From: Capsulimonadales bacterium
GTDB lineage: Bacteria; Armatimonadota; Armatimonadia; Armatimonadales; Armatimonadaceae
Assembly: GCA_033762295.1 (NCBI GenBank)
Contig: JANRLW010000069.1
Location: 1 to 64,000, forward strand
Direction: 5' to 3'
Length of the DNA: 64,000 nt
Part shown: positions 37,849-46,648 of the stretch, piece after piece
How the letters are laid out: each line of letters starts with the position of its first letter
Numbering within the stretch: the first letter of the stretch is position 1
Translations under genes and position numbers: made by a program
The notes under the pieces: model-generated
What the model was told of the DNA's origin: nothing
Databases searched by the model: none
The model's input: only the letters and a program-made list of their open reading frames with translations

Positions 37849-39282
37849 ATGCCTACAATCGCTCAGGAAGTTACCTTCAAGTTCGGAACCGACGGCTGGC
37901 GCGGCATTATCGCCGATGATTTCACCGTTCGGGGAGTGGAATTTGTTACCCAGGCCGTCTGCGATCTCGTCCTGTCCGGCAGTGAAAAAACTCCTGGCAC
38001 GGGAATCGTGGTCGGTTACGATCGACGTGCGCAGTCCGAGGTGTTCGGCGCGGCTGCGGCGCGGGTGGTGGCCGCCAACGGCATCCCGGTATATCTGACG
38101 GAAACGGCCTGTACCTCTCCGATGGTATCGTTCGCCTGTGTCGACCGGAAGGCCGCCGCCGGCATCATGATCACGGCATCGCACAATCCGCCCCAGTTCA
38201 ACGGCTTCAAGATCAAGGGGTATTTCGGCGGCTCCGCGATCCCCGAAATGGTGCGGGAGATCGAAACATCGCTCGCGGAACTCCTGCGGTCGGGCCGCGA
38301 ACCGCGACGGTCCGGCGTCGCTCCGGCTCCCGTCGACCTTTCGTCCCGCTTTCTGGAACATTGTCGGGATTTCGTGGACGCGGCGGCGATTCGGAACGCC
38401 GGGTTCAAGGTGATCGTCGACCCGATGCACGGCTCCGGGGCGGGCTACCTGACCGGCATTCTGCGCGATTGGGGCGTCGATGTCACCGAAATCCGGGGCG
38501 AGCGAAACCCGTACTTTGGCGGCGTCAACCCGGAGCCGATCGACCGGAACATGGAGGCGTTGTTCGAGGCGGTGCGGGTCGCCGGGGCCGACGTCGGCAT
38601 CTGTATGGACGGCGATGCGGACCGGATCGGCGCGTGCGACAGCCAGGGACGTTACGTCGACTGTCACCGACTGATCGCGATCCTGCTTCGGCATCTGGTC
38701 GAGCGAAAACAGCAACGAGGGACCGTCATTCGGACCGTCTCCGTTTCGCGGATGATCGACAAACTCTGCGCCCATTATGATCTGGTGATGCGCGAAGTGC
38801 CGATCGGGTTTAAGAATATCGCCGACATCATGCTCAGGGAGGATGTCCTGATCGGCGGTGAGGAGAGTGGCGGCATCGGGATCAAGGGGCATATCCCGGA
38901 ACGGGACGGCATCCTGATGGGGCTGGTCATCCTCGAGGCGATGGCCGTGTCCGGAAAACGGCTGGAGGAACTTCTGGCGGAGGTTTTCGACCTCACCGGA
39001 GCCCATGAATTCGCCCGGACGGACCTGCATCTGAAGGCGGAGCGGATGCCTGCCGTTCTGTCCCTGGTCAGGGGACTGGAGGCCGGGGAGTTTGCCGGAG
39101 CGGCGGTTCGCGACGTTTTCAAACTGGACGGCTCCCGACTGGATTTCACCGACGGGTCCTGGCTTCTGCTGCGCCCGTCCGGCACCGAACCCGTGGTGCG
39201 TGTCTACGCGGAAGCGGCGACGATGGAACGGGCACGGCAACTGGTGGACGAAGGCGTTTCGCTGCTGGAAAACACCGTTTGA
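37849..39282 (+). CDS. phosphoglucomutase/phosphomannomutase family
   Basis: FGTDGWRG, TASHNP, DGDADR, GEESGG, RPSGTEP; upstream extended -10 TGCTATAAT. Confidence 0.96.
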   Translation: MPTIAQEVTFKFGTDGWRGIIADDFTVRGVEFVTQAVCDLVLSGSEKTPGTGIVVGYDRRAQSEVFGAAAARVVAANGIPVYLTETACTSPMVSFACVDRKAAAGIMITASHNPPQFNGFKIKGYFGGSAIPEMVREIETSLAELLRSGREPRRSGVAPAPVDLSSRFLEHCRDFVDAAAIRNAGFKVIVDPMHGSGAGYLTGILRDWGVDVTEIRGERNPYFGGVNPEPIDRNMEALFEAVRVAGADVGICMDGDADRIGACDSQGRYVDCHRLIAILLRHLVERKQQRGTVIRTVSVSRMIDKLCAHYDLVMREVPIGFKNIADIMLREDVLIGGEESGGIGIKGHIPERDGILMGLVILEAMAVSGKRLEELLAEVFDLTGAHEFARTDLHLKAERMPAVLSLVRGLEAGEFAGAAVRDVFKLDGSRLDFTDGSWLLLRPSGTEPVVRVYAEAATMERARQLVDEGVSLLENTV

Positions 39283-39367
39283 CGTGCGATCGATGCTGTC
39301 CGGTGCGCGCACCGGGCAGGACCGATTCCGGGCGTGAGACGCGGCCGGGAGTTATAATGGTATCGTC

Positions 39368-41755
39368 ATGGCTACCCCCGGCTTCCCCGATCGTCGGGAT
39401 TTCGACCCCGGAACGCCGATCGCCACCCTGGAATGCGTGATCGAGCGCGTCACCTTCCACAACGAGGAGAACGGCTACTCCGTCGTCAAAGTGCTCCCCG
39501 CCGAAGCGAAAGCGAAGGCCAAAGGGGACGTTATCACCGTTCTTGGCAGCTTCACGAACCCGATCGTCGGCGAGTCGCTGCGCTGCCACGGTCAGTGGAT
39601 CAAACACCCGCAGTACGGTCCGCAGTTCAAAATGGAGCGGTACGAAACGCTGCGTCCGGCGACCGCCGCCGCTATCGAGAAGTACCTGGGCTCCGGAATG
39701 GTCAAGGGCATCGGGCCGAAGATGGCCGAGCGGATCGTCAAAAAATTCGGCGAACGGGCGCTCGATATCATCGAGGAGAAGCCGGAAAAGCTGCTTGCCG
39801 TGGCCGGATTGGGCCAGAAGCGGATCGACATGATTCGCAAGGCGTGGGACGAGCAGAAGGAAGTGCGCGCGATTATGCTCTTCCTTCAGGGGCATGGCGT
39901 CAGTCCGACCTACGCCGTCAAGATTTACCGCTTTTACAAGGACCGATCGATCGAGGTCGTCGAGCGGAACCCGTTCCAGCTGGCCACCGATATCTGGGGA
40001 ATCGGCTTCAAATCCGCCGACAAAATCGCGCTCAACCTCGGGTTTGCTCCGGATGATCCGCGCCGCCTGGAGGCCGGGATCGTCTATGTCCTGAATCAGG
40101 AGATGGAGGGTGGCGGTCACTGCTTCCTGCCGCGCGAAATGCTAATTGTGAAAGCCTGCGAGATTTTGCTCCCGAAGACCGCTCCCGAAGGGGACGAGGA
40201 AGCGGAAGCCGCGCTGGCGCAGCGCGCGCGCGCAATCGAGGCGTCGGTCGATTCGCTGGTGGAGCGGGAACTGCTGGTGTCCGAGGAGATCGATGCCGAC
40301 GGCCTCCGGGAAACGGCGATCTACACACCGAGCATTTTCAAAACCGAGAAGCTGCTCGCCGAACGGATTCAGCAACTGTTGCGCCCCGCCCTCCGGACAC
40401 CGCTCAAACCGGCGGAGATCGACGCTCTGGTTCGTGACCTGCCGGGGTATGACGTTCTGTCCGACGAGCAAAAATTTGCCGTCCGATGCGCTCTGTCCGA
40501 TACCATTCTGGTGCTGACCGGTGGCCCTGGTGTAGGTAAGACGTTTACCACTAAAGTTATCGTTTCAGCGTTTGAAAAACTTGGCAAACGTCTTCAGATC
40601 GCGTCGCCGACGGGACGGGCGGCGAAGCGGGCGGCGGAGGTGACCGGACGGGAAGCGAAGACGATCCACCGCCTTCTGGTCTGGGACCCGGAGAAACGCG
40701 CCTTCAAAGCCGGGCCGGGGGAACCGCTCGAACTCGATGTCCTGATCGTCGATGAGTCGTCGATGCTCGATCTGACCCTCACGCACCACACGCTCCAGGC
40801 CGTGCCGAACGGAGCGCAGGTCATCTTCGTCGGCGATGTCGATCAGTTGCCCTCGGTCGGCCCCGGCAACGTGCTCAATGACCTGATCCGTTGCGGACGG
40901 GTGCCGGTCGCCCGCCTGACCCAGGTCTTCCGTCAGGCCGCCGCCAGCCGGATCATTACCAACGCCCATGCGATCAATCAGGGGAAGATGCCCGAACTGT
41001 TGCCGCCGTCCGCCGCGAAGGAAGGGGTCGATTGTGTCTTCCTGGAGGTCGAGGAGTCGCAGGACATCCCGGAAAAGATCGCCGCCGTGGTCGCCAAATC
41101 GCTGCCGAAACTCGGATTCTCCCCCGACGACATCACCGTGCTCGCGCCGATGCAGCGCGGCACGGTCGGCGCGAAAAACCTGAACGAGGTGCTTCAGGCC
41201 GTTCTCAACCCGCCGGACGGAACGAAGGCCGAACACCAGCGCGGTCCGATCGTCTTTCGGGTCGGCGACCGCGTGATGCAGCGGGTGAACAACTACGACA
41301 AGAACGTTTTCAACGGCGATGTCGGAAAAATTCTGGAGATCGATAAGGAAAATCAGACCGTTCTCATCGGTTACCCCGAACAGGAGGTCGAGTACGACCT
41401 GGTGGATATGGATCAGTTGAATCACGCCTTCGTATCGACGATCCATAAGAGTCAGGGCAGCGAGTACCCGGCCTGCATCATCGCGATCCATACGCAGCAC
41501 TATACGATGCTGCAGCGGAACCTGATCTACACCGGGCTGACTCGCGCCAAAAAGTTCGCCGTCTTCGTCGGGTCCAAAAGCGCGATTCAAATGGCGGTTC
41601 GCAACCGGAACGTCATTCCCCGGTTCACCCGGCTGTCGGAACGCATTCGGATGCTGGCGGAAGGACTCGGACCGGCCGGGCGATCCCGTTCGCGCGCCGA
41701 CGATCCCTCCGCCCCCTCCCTGCCGACCCCGCCGATGCCCGGACGACTTTTCTAA
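39368..41755 (+). CDS. recD2: ATP-dependent RecD2 helicase
   Basis: N-terminal OB/HhH (KGIGP, GIGFKSAD), GGPGVGKT, PTGRAAKR, DESSM, GDVDQLPSVGPG, TIHKSQGSE, YTGLTRAK. Confidence 0.97.
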   Translation: MATPGFPDRRDFDPGTPIATLECVIERVTFHNEENGYSVVKVLPAEAKAKAKGDVITVLGSFTNPIVGESLRCHGQWIKHPQYGPQFKMERYETLRPATAAAIEKYLGSGMVKGIGPKMAERIVKKFGERALDIIEEKPEKLLAVAGLGQKRIDMIRKAWDEQKEVRAIMLFLQGHGVSPTYAVKIYRFYKDRSIEVVERNPFQLATDIWGIGFKSADKIALNLGFAPDDPRRLEAGIVYVLNQEMEGGGHCFLPREMLIVKACEILLPKTAPEGDEEAEAALAQRARAIEASVDSLVERELLVSEEIDADGLRETAIYTPSIFKTEKLLAERIQQLLRPALRTPLKPAEIDALVRDLPGYDVLSDEQKFAVRCALSDTILVLTGGPGVGKTFTTKVIVSAFEKLGKRLQIASPTGRAAKRAAEVTGREAKTIHRLLVWDPEKRAFKAGPGEPLELDVLIVDESSMLDLTLTHHTLQAVPNGAQVIFVGDVDQLPSVGPGNVLNDLIRCGRVPVARLTQVFRQAAASRIITNAHAINQGKMPELLPPSAAKEGVDCVFLEVEESQDIPEKIAAVVAKSLPKLGFSPDDITVLAPMQRGTVGAKNLNEVLQAVLNPPDGTKAEHQRGPIVFRVGDRVMQRVNNYDKNVFNGDVGKILEIDKENQTVLIGYPEQEVEYDLVDMDQLNHAFVSTIHKSQGSEYPACIIAIHTQHYTMLQRNLIYTGLTRAKKFAVFVGSKSAIQMAVRNRNVIPRFTRLSERIRMLAEGLGPAGRSRSRADDPSAPSLPTPPMPGRLF

Positions 41756-41806
41756 ATTTCTCCCTGAACCGTAACTGTTCCGGGTTTCGCCCGTTCTAAT
41801 CCCTGT

Positions 41807-43909
41807 ATGAACCTGCCGGGAGGTACGGATATGGAACGGAACGACGACATCACCCAACCATCGATCACGGAAGGCGCGACGGTACGCGAACCCGATACCG
41901 CGCCGAACCGATTTCCCGATAACAAGCCGCCCGCCTGGGGTAGAACCGTTTTCCTGATCGGAATCGGGGTTTTCCTGCTGACCTTAATAGGGCAGGGTGG
42001 CAAAGGGTGGGTCACCCGATTGCAGCTTCGCCTGGTCGCCGGACAGGGACTCCCGATGGTACGGGAAGTCCTGGGACGCAACGGGCAAACCGGACCCGAA
42101 GCGCGCCGGAACGCCGAATATGCGCGGAGCGTTCCGAACGATGTCGAAGTGCAGATCGCCGAGGCAATCTCGTCCGGCGATCGAAAGCGAACGAACCAAC
42201 CGGGCGACGACGGCAAGGACGTGGCCAACTCCCAGATTGACAGTCTTCGCTCCGTCGCGGCCCGTTTCCCCGATCGACCGGAAACCCACGCGACCGTGTT
42301 GCGGATGATGTGTGGGAGCGTCCTGACCGGAGTGCCCCGTGACGAGAACTGGATGCTGGGCGGAGAGGGGTTTGACGCCGAGCGGGTCGAGAAGGCGCGT
42401 AAGGAGAATGCGGAGAAGCGGAAACGTCTCGATCCGGTGCGTCTGTCGCAGTTCGAGGCGGCGGCCCGCGCCGGGGAGCGGTGCGATCCGGACAACGCCT
42501 TCTTCCCGCAGATGCTGGCGGCTGTTCTCTTCACACAATACCGGGATGAGGAAGCGATCGCCGCCCTCCATCGCGCGGCCGCGAAGCGAACCTGGGACGA
42601 TTACACGACCGCCGAGGTGAACGGGCGCAGGCGGCAGTTGCGCGAGACCCAGGGGGAAACCGGCACCGTGCCGAATATGTCGATCGCTGCCTCCACCCTG
42701 TTCCCGCAATATGCCTCGATGCGGTCGCTGGCGCGGGTCGCGACCTATGTGGCCGCCGAGAAGGAGAAAAAAGGTGACCTCGACGGCGGGTTCGCCATCC
42801 GTCACGATATGGCGCGGATCGGGTCGAAGATGCGCGTCGAAGGACATTCCCTCATTGCCAACCTGGTCGGCATTGCCATTACGGCGATTTCCGGCTCTCA
42901 TCCCGGCGGCAACGTGATTTCGGACAAAGAGGATCGTTCGAACGACACCGAGTTGAGGGTGGCGCGTAAACTGGAAGCGTATGTTACCTATCTGAACCGG
43001 ACGGGCCATCCTGAGGAGGCGGTCTGGTTCCTGGCGGAAAACCAGAAGATGCACGCGGTCAAGCGGATCACCGCCCGTCTTGACCTCGGAGTGTTCGACA
43101 TTTCGGGTATGCTCGTTCTGACGGTGTTGTGGGGTATCACCCTGCTTCTTCTCGGTCTGGCAGGCTGGCTGATCGTTCTGGGAGGGGTCGCCACCCTTCT
43201 TTCCCGGACCCGGCATTTCCGTGAGGCCAGACCGCTGCCGCGCGGGATCGCCTCGGGCGGTATCGCGGTCGCCTCAAGTATTCCAATGGTTTTGCTTCTG
43301 ACCAATCCGTCGGAGGAAACCGTTATGGGCGTGATTGGGCCGTACTTGCTGGTGATCGGCGTCCTCGTTTCCCTGCTGAAGAACCGGGCCACTCCGAAGG
43401 AGTTCCTTCGAAATCTCGGGCGTTTCGGAGCGACCATCCTCACGATTCTCGCTCTCGGGGTGGCCGTCGGGTTCTCTCTGATGCCGGGACTGTTCAACTT
43501 TATCGGGTCCATAACCCTGATCCAGGGGATGCAGGGAAGCGGTCCGTCCGGAAACGTCATGCCTTTCTTTCTGGGTCTCGGAATCAGCGTGACGGCGTTG
43601 ATGATGGTCGCGATCACGCTTGCGGTTTCGTTCTTCGGTCGGGTGAAGCGAGAAGGGATACCGGCGTCCGTCGCCGTCGTGCGCGGTATGAGAAATTCGG
43701 CGATCGGCTGGGCCGGGGTCCTGCTGATGCTGAACGTCGTGCTGAGCATTCCGCTGGAGGCGATAGAACTCGACAGTTTGCGCGCACTGGACGAGTCGAT
43801 CCGACATGAGGGGAAGGCCCTGGCCCGGAGGGTGAACTCCGCCCACATGAACGGCGGGGACGGATGGCCGGGCTATGTGGCGTTGCCGGGAGCGGTGGCG
43901 AAGAATTAG
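41807..43909 (+). CDS. hypothetical membrane protein (N-terminal TM, helical domain, about 6 C-terminal TMs)
   Basis: 700-aa ORF with genome-like codon use and hydrophobic segments; alternative start 41831 has GGAGG. Confidence 0.8.
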   Translation: MNLPGGTDMERNDDITQPSITEGATVREPDTAPNRFPDNKPPAWGRTVFLIGIGVFLLTLIGQGGKGWVTRLQLRLVAGQGLPMVREVLGRNGQTGPEARRNAEYARSVPNDVEVQIAEAISSGDRKRTNQPGDDGKDVANSQIDSLRSVAARFPDRPETHATVLRMMCGSVLTGVPRDENWMLGGEGFDAERVEKARKENAEKRKRLDPVRLSQFEAAARAGERCDPDNAFFPQMLAAVLFTQYRDEEAIAALHRAAAKRTWDDYTTAEVNGRRRQLRETQGETGTVPNMSIAASTLFPQYASMRSLARVATYVAAEKEKKGDLDGGFAIRHDMARIGSKMRVEGHSLIANLVGIAITAISGSHPGGNVISDKEDRSNDTELRVARKLEAYVTYLNRTGHPEEAVWFLAENQKMHAVKRITARLDLGVFDISGMLVLTVLWGITLLLLGLAGWLIVLGGVATLLSRTRHFREARPLPRGIASGGIAVASSIPMVLLLTNPSEETVMGVIGPYLLVIGVLVSLLKNRATPKEFLRNLGRFGATILTILALGVAVGFSLMPGLFNFIGSITLIQGMQGSGPSGNVMPFFLGLGISVTALMMVAITLAVSFFGRVKREGIPASVAVVRGMRNSAIGWAGVLLMLNVVLSIPLEAIELDSLRALDESIRHEGKALARRVNSAHMNGGDGWPGYVALPGAVAKN

Positions 43910-43935
43910 CCGGTGGCCGCCCGATTCAGTCCGGT

Positions 43936-45006
43936 TCAGTCCAGGGCGGCGGCGACGGCATTGAGAAAGCGGCGACGGCAGGTGAGAAAACTCGCCTTTC
44001 CGTCGCCGTAGACGCTATTGGTGACCAGAGAAACGGTCAACTGGTACGTCGGATCGATCGTCAGTAAGGTCCCGGTATACCCCGAGTGACCGACCGTCTG
44101 CGGAGAAAGGAGGTCGCCCGCCGGACAGAAACCGTTGCCCTGCGCGAAGAACAGGCAGGTATGAAAGCCGACGGCCGGATCGACCTGATTGTTCAGAATA
44201 CGGTCGCGGGTCGGCGCACCGAACAACCCGTTCTTCCCGCCGACCCGCAGCATCTCGCCGAACCGGGCGACATCCAGGGCGGACCCGAATAAACCGGCGT
44301 TTCCGCTGATTCCCCCGATCGCGCGGGCGTTTCCGTCATGAACGATGCCGGTGAGAACGGTATCCTTGTTGGGACCTTCGCGGGAGATGGTCGGCGCGAT
44401 GCCGGCGGATGCCTGTTTGGAGGGGTGATAGGTCAGTGTTTTCAATCCGAGCGGTGCGAAAACATAGGCGAAGGCGAGGGCGTCAAGGCTTCGGCCCGAA
44501 GACACCTCCAGGATTTTTTTCAGCAGAATGAACCCCAGGCAGGAGTATTCGTATTTCGTTCCGGGAGCGACGACTTTCGTGCGGAAGATCGCCTGTACGG
44601 CGGCGTCACAACTCAACCCGGATTCGTAGCACGGAATCCAGGCCGGAAGGCCGGAGGTGTGCGTCAGCAACTGTTTGAGGGTAGCGCCTTTGAGCGGCTC
44701 GGGCGCGTCGGCCAGGAACTCGCCGACCGTGGCCGTCAGTGTCAACTTCCCGGCTTCGACCAGGGTAAGCAATGTGGCACCCGTCGCCAGGGGCTTGGTC
44801 AGCGACGCCAGATCGTAGAACGTCTCCCGGAAGACGGCCCGGGTGCCGTCGAGCGTTCCGAACGCTTCATGAAGGATCAGTTCGCCCCGGCGAAAGACGC
44901 AGACCACGCCTCCCGGCATCGCGCCATTTCGGACACCCTCCTGCAGAACATCGATCGCACGCACCATCGTTCTCATGGCCGTATTGAACCGCCTGTCCGG
45001 CGTCAC
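43936..45006 (-). CDS. serine hydrolase, beta-lactamase-like family
   Basis: DLASLTK (SxxK), LLTHTSGL, YEYS, VHDGNA, GNAGLF, GHSGYTG. Confidence 0.92.
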   Translation of the reverse strand: MTPDRRFNTAMRTMVRAIDVLQEGVRNGAMPGGVVCVFRRGELILHEAFGTLDGTRAVFRETFYDLASLTKPLATGATLLTLVEAGKLTLTATVGEFLADAPEPLKGATLKQLLTHTSGLPAWIPCYESGLSCDAAVQAIFRTKVVAPGTKYEYSCLGFILLKKILEVSSGRSLDALAFAYVFAPLGLKTLTYHPSKQASAGIAPTISREGPNKDTVLTGIVHDGNARAIGGISGNAGLFGSALDVARFGEMLRVGGKNGLFGAPTRDRILNNQVDPAVGFHTCLFFAQGNGFCPAGDLLSPQTVGHSGYTGTLLTIDPTYQLTVSLVTNSVYGDGKASFLTCRRRFLNAVAAALD

Positions 45007-45055
45007 TGCCAGTTACGGGCGGGAATCTCGTACTTCCCGGAGGGTGGGGCAGGGG

Positions 45056-46378
45056 CTAGCCGCCCTTGCCGTCGGTCGACCGGACCGGCGGTTTGCGCCG
45101 CCAGTTCGGGGGGACCGTGCGGCTCGAAAACAGCCCGTTTCGAACTCTTTCGAGGTAGGCTTCCGTCCGTCCCTCGCGGGTCATTCCATCGTAGGAAAAG
45201 AAGTTCAGGCCCCCCGCGCCGAGGTCGCGGCAAACCTGCCCTTTGACGATCGCGGAGGCGGCAGGCATCTGCCACGCGCCGACCCCGGCGATGATCGGTT
45301 TGCCGTAGGAGTTGGCCACGGCATCGCGGATCTGGGAGGCGACCACCGGAGTCGAACGGTTGTACGCCATCGGGCAGGCCGCGTCCAGGAGTCCGTCCCG
45401 GAGCCATTCCCGCCATGCCTGGCCTTTGTCGTGGCTGGCGACCCGGTAGTTCGGGAAGACGGCGGCGGAAATCACCAGATTCGGTTTGAGACGGTGCGCC
45501 TCCTCGGAGATGCCCCGGACGGTTTCGGTCACGGTGCCACGCCGCCATTCGCGCCACTCCGTCGGGAACAGGTAGAAATCGGCCAGACGGTTTTTCGCCC
45601 GTTTTTTCGCCGCGTAGGCGAGGTCATTGTCGGACAGGCGTTCGCTCAAATAGTCCCGAAAAGCCGCCAGCGACGTTTCCGAGAAGGAAAATCGTTCACT
45701 CGGGTAGCGTACGTAATCGAAGTGAAGACCGTCGATATCGTACCGGGAAACCACATCCATAAAGACGTTCCGCAGGTATTCGCGAACCGCCGGAATGGCC
45801 GGGTCCAGGAACGCCCCCTCGGCATCGTTGGTCGGTATCATGGCGATCCGATTCTGGCGGTCGCGGACCAGCCACTCCGGATGGAGGTTGATGACATGCC
45901 GCGACGAATAGGGAAGACGCCGTTGGTGCCATACCAGGAAGGTATTCATCCAGGCATGAACTTCGAGGCCGGCCCGATGCCCTTCCTCAATCGCCACCGC
46001 CAGGGGGTCGAAATCGGCGGGCTGTCGGCTGAGACTCTCGGACCTCGGTTCGAACCGCGACTGATAAAAAGCGTCGCCCCGTCCGCGTACCTGGACGAAG
46101 AGGGTGTTGAACCCGTACTTTTTGGCGAGGGTGACCGCGTTCCGTATTTTCGCGGGAGAGGTGAGGGTATCTCGAACGATCCAGAGCGCGCGGACTTCTC
46201 CGGTTTCGACATCGGTCGCCGTGGGAAGCGGGTCTTCGTTGGGGGCGACGGCAGGCAGGTTTTCGGGGGACGACGGAGATGATGTGGCGGACGGGGGTTG
46301 AGCAACGGCTTCCGGTATCGACGGACCCGCCATCAGCAACAGGGCGAGGACCACGGGAAGGGCCGGCGAATTGGGCAT
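45056..46378 (-). CDS. glycoside hydrolase-like GHL10/DUF187 (YddW/DigH-like), exported
   Basis: EVRALWI, NTLFVQVR, FDPL, EVHAW, YDIDGLHFDYVRYP, CPMAY; ATG 46378 with signal peptide. Confidence 0.9.
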   Translation of the reverse strand: MPNSPALPVVLALLLMAGPSIPEAVAQPPSATSSPSSPENLPAVAPNEDPLPTATDVETGEVRALWIVRDTLTSPAKIRNAVTLAKKYGFNTLFVQVRGRGDAFYQSRFEPRSESLSRQPADFDPLAVAIEEGHRAGLEVHAWMNTFLVWHQRRLPYSSRHVINLHPEWLVRDRQNRIAMIPTNDAEGAFLDPAIPAVREYLRNVFMDVVSRYDIDGLHFDYVRYPSERFSFSETSLAAFRDYLSERLSDNDLAYAAKKRAKNRLADFYLFPTEWREWRRGTVTETVRGISEEAHRLKPNLVISAAVFPNYRVASHDKGQAWREWLRDGLLDAACPMAYNRSTPVVASQIRDAVANSYGKPIIAGVGAWQMPAASAIVKGQVCRDLGAGGLNFFSYDGMTREGRTEAYLERVRNGLFSSRTVPPNWRRKPPVRSTDGKGG

Positions 46379-46548
46379 GACTTCTTCCTCTCGGCGCGTC
46401 GGACCCCCCGGAATTGGCAGAGTGGAACAGGGGCGACGCGCTACAAACGCGATGGTATCCCGCTCCGTCGTTGATGTCAAGAAAAGACGGCAAACCTGCC
46501 AACTGTACCGAAGAGACGATTTGAAGTATAATCGGACTGTGGGTTAGC

Positions 46549-46564
46549 GTTGACATATGTCAAC
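46549..46564. promoter_or_regulatory. perfect palindrome, Fnr/Crp-box-like
   Basis: G-TTGAC-ATAT-GTCAA-C, 16 nt downstream of TATAAT (46527-46532). Confidence 0.65.
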
Positions 46565-46648
46565 AAATGTCATGGAGCAAGGAACCGTGGGGCGCCGTTT
46601 CATCGGTCGTAACCGTTTCCGACCGGTTCGCTCCCAAAAAGGAACAAC

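Noticed and set aside
36574..39312. 912-aa minus-strand ORF, and similar long ones at 19441-22056, 10981-13185, 2217-4226, 1183-2709 and 46544-48232
   Set aside because: Antisense shadows of well-supported genes; stop-poor frames are expected at high GC3, and they carry no motifs
43936..45006. Antibiotic-resistance beta-lactamase
   Set aside because: No signal peptide; YxS and HSG motifs fit generic serine hydrolases rather than class A or C enzymes
46489..46530. GGCAAACC resembling the start of a c-di-GMP-I riboswitch
   Set aside because: No GNRA-capped P2 or downstream GACGCAAAG/P3 elements
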